Source: Mesotaenium endlicherianum
Lineage: Eukaryota
Direction: 5' to 3'
Assembly: GCA_009602735.1 (NCBI GenBank)
Contig: WELA01000598.1
Location: 113,321 to 177,320 of the forward strand
DNA: 64,000 nt
In this document: positions 37,046 through 49,484 of the stretch, piece after piece
Layout of the letters: each line of letters begins with the position of its first letter
How positions within the stretch are numbered: the stretch's first letter is position 1
Program-made: the position numbers and the translations under genes
The notes under the pieces: generated by a model
What the model saw: the letters and a program-made list of their open reading frames with translations, nothing else
What the model was told of the DNA's origin: nothing
Database searches by the model: none

Positions 37046-39618
37046 GGACTGGAAGAGGAGAGACAAGTGTATGCTGGTACAGTGCTGCTGCACGTTCCAA
37101 GGTTCAGACTTGGGATAAGTGAGGGCCTGTCACATGCACAACTGTAGCAGAGAACAAGGTGATTGGCTGCATACGTATAGATGATTTTGTATCAAAGCCT
37201 GTGACTAAAGCATCTTTTGAGCCGCGGTGTTCCTTCATTCCACCTCATGTTTATTGAAATCAAAGAGGAGACTTTTTCTGATTTTTTGACCAACACGCGC
37301 TTTGACTAGCTTACGCAGAAGCGGGATTGAAATATGCTTTCTCTATGCTGCCGGGGCATGATACACTTAGGAAGCTCTGCATATATAGCACCTTTTGTCC
37401 TGAGCAGAAATTATCTCCCATCCGGGCTGGATGTACCAAATAAAGACTCAACAGGCCACAACAAACTCAGTGCCTCTATATGTAAATACGGGTCAATTAT
37501 GGGGTTGAAGTAGATGAAAGGGGAGGGTGGCGTGTGCATATATGAGAAGTTTCATAGCATCATCAAATAGCCCACCTGTTTCCTTTAACGTGCGTGCACG
37601 TACGTGTAAGCATCTGAAACTTCTTATGCCCTTCAAAATTACAATAGTCATGAGCATGTAGGTCTATTTCATGCAGTATATTGACCAAAACTCACCGCAT
37701 CAATCAAGTCTTCCTCATGGACGTCGTGCAATCAAAGTGTCCCTATCATATGTGAGCGATAACTTTTGCAACCAAGTCAGGAATTCACAAGTATCTCTAA
37801 AAGTAGGCTAAATCTGGCCAATGCTCGATCACAACTTAATGACCCCTTGTCATGCAGTCACTCTCTCATGTACTCTTCAGTGATTTAAGAGCAGCTGCTA
37901 GGACCCAAGAGTCTTCTTTCTTTATAAGTGGCATCTGCTACGACCGCCTAGACCATGTCCTGCCAAGTGGACCAATACTTAATACTTTTCAAGTCCTCTT
38001 GAGTGATGTCCGTGGTCGATGCAGGCCATAAAAGGAGCAGGGAAGATGTAACAGCTCCAGAATGGGCACAATTATTTGTCCCTGCTTTGACATATGACAT
38101 CGACATCGGAAAGAAGACCAAGCCAATTAACGCTGGCCAAATTTGTGGCCTTCTGGCACTGGCATTTATTTTTTTGTTGACGTACGCACATCATTCTGTC
38201 AACGAGACACGTCATGCAATTAATGAGGGAATTAGGGAAATTGATCAGGGAAAATCTACAGTGAAGCTTTATTTACACTTCACAGAATTTCAAGAATCGA
38301 TTCACAATTGAACCTGAAGGGTGGCCATGCAGCTCTGACAATTAATGGAAGCAGCAATCAGTTCCTCAACTAGCCTCGACTATTAGCTAGCTGTAGTATC
38401 GCTTCACAAGTTCCTTCCGGAACGCAGCAAAGTGGCTACACACGGTTTCCCATAGTAGCCTCCAATGTAATTAAGCATGTTATACTTTAGTACCTGCAGT
38501 CTGAAGAGCTGGCGTCCTGAACTAGCTGGCGTCCTGAAGTAGCTTGACAGAGTGTTGTTTTGCTGGCAAGCTAGCTGCTCTCTGTGTATGCCGCGCACTG
38601 CAAGGTAATTAAGTTGCACACAATATGAACAATTTGACCAGTGGAACCTGATTGTCTCAAAAGCATACACTTCTCTGCAGAACATTGATAGCTAAAGTTT
38701 GGCGACTTTGTCAATAGTTTGATATCAAGTCATTCTAGCTCAATGACATTTGTAGTAAAGCACTTGATTTGCTGGAGAATGCACGCAAATAAGTGGATGC
38801 AATGATTCTGGCCCACATATTCACACTGTCCAGGCACTCGTGGCAAGAGTAGAGTGACTTTGTTTGCCGACATATTTTATTTACATGAATTCGTCTTTGA
38901 TAATATTGGTGATAAGTGCTTTTACTATATAGGAAGCTAGTCAGCTATACTACAAGTGTGATGTTTACTGTGATTGGGCAGGATTCTTGATCATGACATC
39001 TCGTTGCAAGATGAAAAGCAATAAGGGAGTGAATTGTCTCGTCCATGTCAATAGCTTGGAACAAGTCATTGGCTGCTCAACACCTGCAGGGCACTAGTTT
39101 GAGCTGCGCTAGATCAGCCTGGTACCCCTTTTTCTCCTTATTAATAGCTTCTTCATAAGTTTTTGTCGTCAAGGTCAAAACCACATCACTGGTTGAGAGT
39201 CCTGTTGGGGAGATTTATTTTTTGAAGGCATTGTCAGGTCCTGGTCACCAAGTTCCACCTCTAATTAAGACAGATGTTTGACTCAATTTCCATAATTATA
39301 TTGATTGACGGAACAGGTTACAAACAGAATTTCCAATTGTGTTTTGCATCATACTTGCAAGGCAATCAAGAAATGTTGATTTGAGGGCTCAGACACTTCT
39401 CTATCATGAAATTAACGAGCAGGTTTGGCTACTGATTTGATAAAACAAAGCAAATACACCCAGCAATTGAGTTTGATTGTTACACCCGCACGCAAGTGTC
39501 TTATAGCAACCATTTGCTTTTACTTTGTCATGCTCTTGGTGGGTGAACAGGCATTGTTTAATCTTCAGCAAGCAGAGAAAACTACCAGACAACTCATCCT
39601 AGTTTGTGTCGTACATAC

Positions 39619-40986
39619 ATGGATCCCACATTGAAGTTACCAGATAATATTCTGGTGCGCATCCTGCGCGGAGCATCATCAGCAAGAAGTGGTGATGTCC
39701 GATGCGTATGCCAAAGGTGGAGGCGGCTCATAGTTGGCACTTACAAGCGTGCATATCTAGTAGGCGTGACGGGGGGTGCGGAGGCCACCTTCAACACCCT
39801 TCAGGCATGCCAAAAGGTGACCCATGTTAGCGTCACAACTTACTTTGGACTTTCAAAAGTCAGGGAGTTGTGTGGGCTTCTGAGAAGGCTTGCTACGGAG
39901 GAAAAGTTGCCTCATCTGACTTCCTTCTATTTAGAGGTCGATGGAAAGGACATGTTTGACCAGCTCCCTTACTTCTTATTCAAGAGGTCCAGCCTTCAGG
40001 CGCTAGAGCTTTCCTTCTCCTGCAAGGGAAGCGATTTCAAGAACTGGAGGGCATTGCACTCTTATCTGGAGGGTCTGGACTTTGGATACCTCCATAACTT
40101 GCAGCATTTGACGCTTGACTACGAGTGGATAAGAATGGCCTTCCCCAGCACCTGCTACGTCCCCGTAAGCAGGGCACTTGCCAATCATGAGCGGCTTCCA
40201 AAACTTGAGACTATTCATCTGCGACTCCCTGACTTCTTCCAGGTGCAGAAGCTGCCTCCGTGGCTGGGTGAGCTGCAGGCCTTCTCCAGTTTAAAGACGC
40301 AGGCTCGTGATAGCCTCGGCTCAAGTTTTCAGCTTATTTTCTCTTTGGCAGCCATGAGCTGCCTACAGAAGCTTGAGATTACCATCCGGAACGGTTGCTT
40401 TGAGGAGGAACTCTCTGGCTTAAACCAGCTGGCCCCGTTGGCAAAGATGCACTCGCTGAAGGAGTTGATCCTGCACTTCTACCATGTTCCTGTGCCGGAG
40501 TGTGCACTTACCTTTTTCCGATTGGAAAAGCTTGACCTCAAAGTATCTGCTATTTTTCCCGGGTTTTAGATGCCTAGGCGTTTCTTCTCATGCATGCCCA
40601 CTCTGCGCTCCTTGGAGCTCAAGGCTGCAGACTCACTGCCCTGGCCTGTGCTTGCCCCGCTCAAGCAGCTCACGTATCTGAAAATAGCACCGGAGCGGGA
40701 TCCAGAAGCTCATAGCAAGTCTTTCTGCGACATGGGTGACCTGCCGGCTCTGCGGCATCTGGAAATCCGTGGATGCCAGGTGCTGCAAAGAGTTGATGGC
40801 CTGTTCAATCTGGCCAGTGCAACAGCTGTCACCCTTCATTGCCGCTGCCGGGACAGGCCTTACGACATCAGGGTTTACGCAGAGTACGTGAAGGTGGCAT
40901 CAAATGTGAGGGCGGGATGCCGGAGCCTAAGGCGCGACTTGGCTAGGCTGCTCTTCCAGGACAGCAGGGCCAGGGCGCATCAGTGA
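39619..40986 (+). pseudogene. F-box/LRR-like gene, paralog 2, with a premature TAG
   Basis: MDPTLKLPDNILVRIL...VCQRWRRL. ORFs 39604-40569 and 40570-40986 are in the same frame. The TAG at 40567-40569 aligns with Q in paralog 1 (SASQIPPDF vs PGF*MPRRF). Confidence 0.85.
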
Positions 40987-43019
40987 CTGCAGTTTTGGGG
41001 AGGCGCCCTAGGAGCAGGGCGCAGGAGGCATTGGCTGCCAGCTTGGGGGAAAGGGGAGAGCAGTGGAGGGGGCAGGGGTGGTGCTCAATAGTGGACTTTT
41101 GTGATAGAACAGCAGGGTTGGTGAAGCTTGAGAGTAAGTTTCAGAGGCTTGTAGGCTCCGTTTGAGAGAGAGAATTGAGCTATCACTAGTTTAGGTTGTC
41201 AAGTATTGATGTCAAACGAGGCTGGACATTTCTGACGTGTTGTTGTGCGTAAGTGATTCAACGATAACTGGCTATGTATATGGATGGTGAGCAGATTACA
41301 CAAGATTTTTCTAGTGACTTATAAAGGGAAAGTGGAGGGGAGAAGGTGCAGTGATTAATGTGTGGAACAACATAGTGTAATCTGCCACTTGTGGCTCAAA
41401 GCCTGGTTGCTCATTATAATAAATAAGTGAAACATATTTGACAGACGTATGAATGGATCGTAGTGCTACTTGTTACTAGGCTGGTATGTGCATCTCGCCA
41501 TGCAAGCACATAAGTTCACACGTGTCTTTTTTTGCACTTCCATCAACAGTCTCCTTTAACCTCCTAAATCCTTGGATAGCATTAGGTCAACAGTACCAAG
41601 TGTGATAAGACACATATGTTGTGCATGCTTGTACAATGAGCGGTCAAGTTTTGAAAGATCTCAAATATTTTTGTATAGCTTCTTGAGCACGTAATATCGT
41701 AGTTTCTGCAGCTTTCTTTGTGGTTGGTTTCTGAATCTTGTATGACTTCACAAACGAAATTCTGGAATATCAATTCACTTTGGTGTTGGTCTTAAGCGGA
41801 GGAACAAAGCAAGGACCTGTTACAAATCCACGGTGTCTTTCTGATATCCTCGTAAAGTACTCAAAATATTACCAATCGAGGACAAGATATACCCCTCAAA
41901 AACTAGGAGCTTAAAATGGCCGAAAAATGATTTTTGCAGCTTCTCTTTAATGTGAATGTAGTAAATATCAGCGGTAGACAAATGCATTAGCCGTAGACAA
42001 ACGCAGGAGGACAGGAGCTACAGAAGGTGCTGGTGTGAAGGAAGCCCACTAGATTGCTTGCTGGCAAGGTGCAATAACTTTGAAAGAACTAAAAAGGACT
42101 CATGACCATTTCCGGTTGCAATGCTAGAATAACACGCAAAAGCTTGCAACGTTAAATAACTTCATACCCCTAGACTTCATACAATGAGCACAAAATGTAC
42201 AAGAACAGTAAATATAATACTTGAACAAAGCTTACATGCTATGTGTGCTGGGCTCACGCGTGACAACTATATGCATCAAAACCTGTAGAGACAGTCTCCC
42301 TTCACGACACATCTATGACTCCTACACCTTCCAGACTATCAATTATCAGTTTGGGACTCAAGTCCTCATGAACAGCACGGCGCTTGAAGACCACCTAGCC
42401 TAAAATTGGAAGAGGAAATTCTCAGCTGCAGCTTAGCTCAGGCCACAGTAGCTAAAATACTCCAATCAGGTTCTCGGGGAGGAGAGCGTGGCGTCTGCTG
42501 ACATGACGTGCAGATGCCTCCACACGCTTCATCGTCATCCACTATGTCCTTACATCACCCTAGAGCCCTTGTCACAGGCTGAGGACTCCTGCATGCTCTC
42601 TTAGAGTTTGGGACCTGTTGCACGCTCGCACCTCCTCTCACCACATGAAGCGGCCTTGTGCGGCTTCTCAGCCATCCATCCATCTAAGAGAGGAAGAGCT
42701 TAGGGGGAAAAACCCTAGGCCCTTGTTTTTTGACCCCGCAACCCTAGGCCCAAATTCGCGGCTTTGGGTTCTAGACTCTAGAGCACGAAGCCAGGGCCAG
42801 CTGGTGTGGATGCCACATGGCAGGCCTGAGCACACAAGCACGGCCGCGAGCACGATGGCCGGAAAGAGCAGCCTGGAGTGCCTACGCCTGCTGGCTCCTC
42901 CAGAGCGAGAACAAGTGCTGTGTCCTCCAAGAGCGTCGGACGATGGAATCACATGCACCCAAGCCTGGCGGGCACTCAGACGCACCTGGCCGCACGCGCA
43001 CCTACTATGCGGCAGCAAG

Positions 43020-44790
43020 CACCAGCGCTGAGCGCACGCGAGCACCTTGTAGCTGTGGACGAGGCCTCCCGTTGTGACAGGTGCCGCCAGCACAAGCACA
43101 ACTAGGAGGGGCCCAGCTTACAGCGGCGCCAGGTGTCTGGATGTTGAGCTAATGTGTGTGGCCTGCCAGCTGGCACCACCATGGGGAGTCGGAAAGTACG
43201 AGACTACGAGTGCCAAGAAAATAAGAGAGGGCAGGTGATTGTGAGGGAGAAAGCAGCAGGGGAGGACAGCATCGTGTTGACTCCTCGCAGGTGCAGAAGC
43301 GCACAAGGATGGGCTGGTCGAGGGGGGCCTGGAGCACATGCAGATGTAAGTAGGGCTTCTGCCCGCCACTGCTGCAAAAGAGGGAGCTCATTCACGACGC
43401 AGCAGCAACAGCGCGAGGAATACCGACAAGGCAGTATCCTTTCACATGATGGCACTCCAAACTTGATCAGTAGCAGAGCGTGTAGGATATAGCTTGAAGA
43501 ACAGAGAGGTCGACACATGACTTCTCAAAGGGAGGGCAAGGAGAGGGAGCGCAGAGGGGGGCTGGGGGAGTTTGAACATGTGCATCTGGCGACCCCACTG
43601 GCCAGGTCGATGGCAAGCAAGCCAGGGCCCTATTCACATTATGCCTGCCTAACGAACACGAATGAGCATGCACCTGCAGTGAGTGGCAGGGGGAGGCGCA
43701 AGGCAGTTGGCACCACGGCCAGAAAAACAGGTAAGGTTAGGGCTTAGACCCCAAGAGGCCCCGCATTTGCACGCCCTGCCCTGCCCTGCCCTGGTCCATC
43801 TATTGCGCCAACGAGGAAAATGGGCAACACCCAAGCGCGCACGTCCAGGGACAAGCTGACTCACTCGTTGCCCGAGAGGAGTGGACCAATTTCCCCGGAC
43901 ACCGTCATTCTCATACTCGACAACAACCACCATTCATGAAAAAGAGGATACTTGCAGGTGCTTCCCCACCACCCTATGTCAGCAACATCGCCCATTGTCA
44001 CAACGCCCAAGCCTTGTGAGCTGTTGCCCCCCCACAGCAGGGCAGCTCGCCCATGAAAGCCCATCTCCAACTGCGGCTGGAAGTTGGAACGCCAACCCCC
44101 ACTCCTTCACACGTGCCTGTAAGAGCAGATGCAGCAGTAGGTGCTCGCAGACAAGCACAAACGCCCCCACACATGCAAGCTCCCCCCCTGCTCCTCAGAT
44201 CACCAAAGCCGTCACCACTCACGCTCGCAGTGCTTCTCTAAGCTCCCCCTCAGGGCCCTCGTGGTAAGGGTGGGCCAAAACCCCAGGGCGACGTCTCAAG
44301 TGCTGCCAGCTAGCGCTTCGACGTCCCCTCGCAGGTAAGAGCGGAAACAGGTGGTGTTACAGACACCCCCCTACAAACAGTGAAATGCCTTGCAAAGAAA
44401 GCACCGGATCTGATGCTGACCAGCACTGAGAAAATTTTGGATGGGACAGCAGGATCGAGTGGGATGCAGGAGGCAGGGGGCCAGGGTCTAAGGGAGGCAA
44501 GCCCCCTGCACCTGGGGAGGGACGCGCCCCCAAGCAGGTGCCACTGTAAGTTCCAAGTCGGGGTTTAGGGCAGGACTCTGTGTGGGGGTTTGGGTCGGTT
44601 GCGCGGGCTCCTCACCTCCCAGCGATGAAAGTGAAGGGGAGCCCGCATCCTACTGCTGCTTGTGATGCAGGCAGCAGCTGACCCTCATGGCCCTCACACA
44701 CCCCTCCCTCAGGTCTCCCTTCCTGCCTGCACCCTTTCAACAGCGTCAAAAGTCCCCCACCAGAACCCTTTCAAGACGTTGATTTTCAAG
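43020..44790 (-). repeat. second, inverted copy of the degenerate kinase-like segment at 19790-21722
   Basis: Reverse-complement similarity over ~1.8 kb with many substitutions and indels. Confidence 0.75.
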
Positions 44791-46765
44791 AAAAAGAGAA
44801 GTCCACACTATTCCAAGTTCAAAGAAAACAAGGAGTGCGATATACATGTTGTGGGGTCTCAGTGTCATTATGTTGGTGGCTGGTAGAACGTGAGACAATA
44901 AGCAGTAGTATTATGAATGAAAGCTTCAGTTGATGATCAAAGAGGTCTTCAGTTCTTTTTGTTCAGGAGAAACTCAGTCGTGCATGCTTGTATCTGTGAC
45001 AACTCCTCTAAAGCATGCCTTCAGGCCTTAAGGAAAACAAATGGGAACAAATGGTATATAATTCTAGGATGCGACTTAGAGAATGTTCACAAAAGTCCAG
45101 TAGCCTGAAAAAGATATTTTGGTGACCAAATCTGACCATGCGTCTGACGGTCAGATTGCAATACAGATGGCTGGATCAACTTGGTACACCGACATTGTCA
45201 CAACCACTTGAAATGGACTAAATAGCCAACGATGAATGGGTTTGACAAAAAAAGACTGATCGGAGCAGGTCCAACAGTGTCAACATTCTTCCGATGCAGC
45301 TGGTTGTCCTACTGCTTGCGATCAGACGGTGCAATCTACCCGACATACCGCAGGACAAACAATTTCGCGAAAACGGAGACTCGAGGATCAAGCTAGCTTG
45401 CACTTCTGGGAGCAGCTGAAATCCGTCCTCTCTTTTCTTCTGTGCTTCTTTTATGCACTCTGTTATGCACGTAATTAGGTCGATTCACTCAGGATTAATC
45501 CCTCTCGAGCTCAATGAGAAGCTTGCTGGCAAGATTTGAACGACGCTGTCGTGGACTATAGATGCTGGAAATAAATGACTGTCAACGCAACGTCACGACA
45601 AACCACTGCATGTATCACTTGGCATGTGTCTGACTCCACAGAGGAAAATTTGATCAGCGTTTTTTTGGAAATACGAAGATTGAGGCGAGCCTATTTTCTT
45701 TGCTTAAAATAACGTTAGCAGCTATAGCTGTTTTTTCCAAGGCGTTGGCCCGAGATCTTGTTGTGACACGACCTTGTATTCCCAATAATAATTCTTTAAG
45801 TTCGGTTCTTGGTACGGTAAATGATTTGAGTAGATTTCCAAAAGCCTATTTCACCTTTCATGTGACCAGCCCAAATGAGCCCGAGAGGACTGCTGTATTT
45901 TGGGGTCGTCAAGCATGACTGCATGTATATTTCACTGACATAGATGTTCTATCATACAGTCTTGGCGTATGATGAGAACAATGTAACATTAAGCTGTATG
46001 AAGGCCAGAACTTCTGGTCAACTTTTCAGGACTGCTGTATCCCCCTTTGTTCGTGCATTCAATGGGTTGTGGTCTCTTTGCCATAAAAGGTGAGTCGCTT
46101 AATTTGAGATCTTATGTGAGAATATTGAGTTTTAGTTTATGTCCCCCCTGTAGAAACTACAGCCATTGAGAGAAAATATGCATGCTCACTTTGGGTGACC
46201 AACTTTGATTGTCAAGATTATCGGAATCACCAGTCAGTCCATTTCCAAATCCCACAATCTAGAAAACATGCTGCATATATTGTCAACATGGTCTTTGTGA
46301 AGCGCATAACGTTGCTACGTTATTAATCACTAGCATCTTGGACAGCATGACAATTTGTGCACAAAGAAGGACCTAAGTGGCAGTCTGGATTTGGTGAGCT
46401 TGCTGTGCAACAAATACTTGCACCAAATAATATATGAAGAGCATGTTCTTTTCCCTTTTGCTTTTAAGCAAAAGCTTTCCAATCAACCGTCCTCATGCTG
46501 TCAAATGTGCAAGGAGATCCAAGAAAGATACAAAGTGGATCTTGTGGATAATATTGGTCAAGAAAAAACTAGGAACGAGTGCTACGCAGGAAATCAAGAG
46601 GCTTAATGGATACACTCATCAACTAACTATAGTGACTATAGCACTCATGCTGCAACTATCCAACTAATTATTGACCATATATTGTTCTTGTTGTGACAGG
46701 CCCACCTTGAGTTATTGGTCTTAACGTTGAGCAGAATCTACTGGTGACTTGTGCCTCCATATTCA

Positions 46766-48274
46766 ATGGATAAGACCTTGGACATTCCAGATGACGTGCT
46801 GACACGTATCCTGCGCTTAGCGAGATCTCCCACGGGACAGTCTTTGGCTGATATTCTTTTTTTGTTATACAAAAGGGATGGGAGAAAGGATGCCTTGCCA
46901 GATGTGTGCCAACAGTGGAGGCGGCTCTTGCTGGAAAGCTACCAAAGCATATGTATCAATAACCTGATGCGGGGTATGAGGACCATGAATATGCTTGACA
47001 ACGTTGCTCCAAGTGTGGACGTGGACGCTGCCCTTAGCGTACTGCAGGCTTGTCGGAATGTGACACACGTGAGAGTTCCAAATCGCCAAGGAGTCACAAC
47101 ACCTAGGATGCGAGAACTCTTGAGGAGGCTTGCAGCAATGAAGAATCTGCCTAAATGGACTTCCTTTGACTTGGTGGTCACTTATAGAGACATCCTTGAG
47201 GAGCTTCCCTACTTTTTCTCGCACAGGACCACTCTTCGGGTGCTGGAGCTTTCCTTCTCTGGTGTGATCACATCCTTCGATAGCTGGGAGAGATTGCACG
47301 CATGCATGGAGGATCTGGATTTTGGGAGCCTCCTCAATCTTGAGCACTTGACGCTGGACTACGGAGGGCTGTATAACACAATGGGTAGCGTTGGCATCTT
47401 TGTGCAACCTAGCGCAGGTTCCTTTGTGCCCTTGAGCAGGACACTTGTCGCCCGTCAAGAACAGCAACAGGACCAGCCTTCTTGTGCGTTGAAGACGTTC
47501 CACCTTAAGCTGTCCAACGAGTTCCAAGCGCAGATACTGCCACCATGGTTGAAGGATTTGCAGCTGCAGAATTTCTCCTTGTCAATTGGAGATATGAAGA
47601 ACAATTTCCTTTTCCGCTCCCTGGCAGCCATGAGCACTCTGCAAATGCTCAATCTCAGCATCGAGACGTGGAATTTTAGCGTGGATGACTTCGCCTCTTT
47701 AGCGGATCTCTGCTCTCTGAGAGAGTTGCACCTTGATGTTCATAGCGACAGTGGGCCAATGCCAAAGCCAACGCGCATTTTCCGTCACCCGGAGAAGCTT
47801 GGCCTCAGGCTCTTTCTGCCGGCATCCATCCCACACTTGTTCTTCTCATTCACACCCGATTTGGTCTCTTTAGAAGTTCAGTGTCACGACATGCAGCTCT
47901 GGCCGTCCCTGGCCCCTCTGAAGCAGCTCACCTCACTGAGGATACAATCATTGGGTTCTGAAAGTAAGGAAGACCAGAAGTCAACCATATACTGCGACGC
48001 AGGTGACCTGCCAGCCCTGAAGCAGCTCGAGCTCAACGGGTGCAGATGGCTACATGGAGTTGCTGAATTGCTCAGTCTTGGCAATATTAGGGCTTTCACC
48101 CTACACTGCTTCTGCCAAGGTAGGTTCACCCCTGCTGTAATTAGGACACGCGAAGAATATGTGAGAGCGCAATGCCAAAATATGACACCGGACATGGCTA
48201 AGGGGGTGTTCCAGGATACCACTAGCCAGATTGCACCTGTGACAGACCATCTCAAGGGCATCAGCCTTGGGTGA
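46766..48274 (+). CDS. F-box/LRR-like protein, paralog 3 (502 aa, intact, intronless CDS)
   Basis: MDKTLDIPDDVLTRIL...VCQQWRRL followed by repeats such as LRVLELSF, LEHLTLDY, LRELHLDV and LKQLELNGC. Collinear with paralogs 1 and 2. Confidence 0.88.
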   Translation: MDKTLDIPDDVLTRILRLARSPTGQSLADILFLLYKRDGRKDALPDVCQQWRRLLLESYQSICINNLMRGMRTMNMLDNVAPSVDVDAALSVLQACRNVTHVRVPNRQGVTTPRMRELLRRLAAMKNLPKWTSFDLVVTYRDILEELPYFFSHRTTLRVLELSFSGVITSFDSWERLHACMEDLDFGSLLNLEHLTLDYGGLYNTMGSVGIFVQPSAGSFVPLSRTLVARQEQQQDQPSCALKTFHLKLSNEFQAQILPPWLKDLQLQNFSLSIGDMKNNFLFRSLAAMSTLQMLNLSIETWNFSVDDFASLADLCSLRELHLDVHSDSGPMPKPTRIFRHPEKLGLRLFLPASIPHLFFSFTPDLVSLEVQCHDMQLWPSLAPLKQLTSLRIQSLGSESKEDQKSTIYCDAGDLPALKQLELNGCRWLHGVAELLSLGNIRAFTLHCFCQGRFTPAVIRTREEYVRAQCQNMTPDMAKGVFQDTTSQIAPVTDHLKGISLG

Positions 48275-49484
48275 GGCGAGGCATAGTGGCTGCCAGCTGG
48301 CTGTGCACATTGATCGCTGGAGCATTGGCTCAGGCGGCTTGGCAAGGAGGGAAGAAGGCGGGTGTGGAGTAAGAGTTTGGAATCCTTTGGAACCACCAGG
48401 ACAGGCGGTTAAGCTGGAGGAGGAAAACACTAATTTGACACGTGTGCTAACACGTGTGCTATGTGAACAGTATGTTACTGCTCTCGTTATCCAGCTGCTT
48501 TATGTCATTCTCAGGCAAGAGGTAAGGCTTCTTGCACTGGCCTTTGGGAGGAAATTGTACATAACAGTAAAGCATATGGTGACATACGAGCAGCTCTGCC
48601 ACACCTTCAGGCTTGGGCACAGTCGGTTTATGCTCATCAGCTACAAGCATTTATGAGTCTCTGTTTGAGAAACTCAGAGTGCTTGTCTGCGAAGCTTCCA
48701 TCAAGAGTAAGGCTGAAATATTCCCATCAATCGAGAACCTGATTTGTATCGTTACTTTTTATGAGAGAACAGTTATGTGTGGTGCTCTAGAAAAAATGTG
48801 AAGCTAGTGGCGCTTGATTGCAAGTTTGTATTTGTATCTTATTGTAAGCATAAATATACAAGTGATTGCTTCTTCTTTTTATAAATACGTATATGGTCCA
48901 AAGTTGATGCAAAATTGTACATGGGCATTGATTGCTAAACAAATAATTTGTGGTTGTTTTGAAGGGGTTGATTTAAGAAAAAAGGAACAATCTGTGTGCC
49001 TTTCAAGATATAACTTGTGGCTTTTCAATCCGTGTCTTCACATCATCACTAATGTAGAACCAAATTGCAAGATCTGCACTAAAATATGTGTGTTGACCTG
49101 GGTTTGATAACAAACTGATAACGCGCATCTTCAAAGTTGCACATTATATGATCCAAATTATGTTTTCATGATTTCTTGACTTTGAGATGCAGCAGTTTCT
49201 GATTTTTTTATTCTCGTTTCTTCCACAACCCACCTTATTGTTTCTTTTGCTAGATTGATGTCAATGATGCACATCGTGATCACCAATATAGTTCAAAAAA
49301 AACACTACAAGACAACTAAGACAGAATCTCAACTTTTTCGTCAGCCAACACATCTACGTCCTTCTATTCATAAAATCAAGGTTCCCGGTCTATGCAACCG
49401 CAAGCCCGCCCAACAGCTGCTGCTTGCTGGCCCAGTGACTGAAGAGAGTGCCAGCTAGCGGGCCGGTGGGTGAAAACCCCTGCG

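Noticed and set aside
15419..40569. TAG read as Gln (alternative nuclear code)
   Set aside because: Long host coding frames (PTPA 567 aa, F-box 502 aa, POLQ exons) contain no in-frame TAG/TAA, and several element genes end in TAG. Point mutation explains the stops better.
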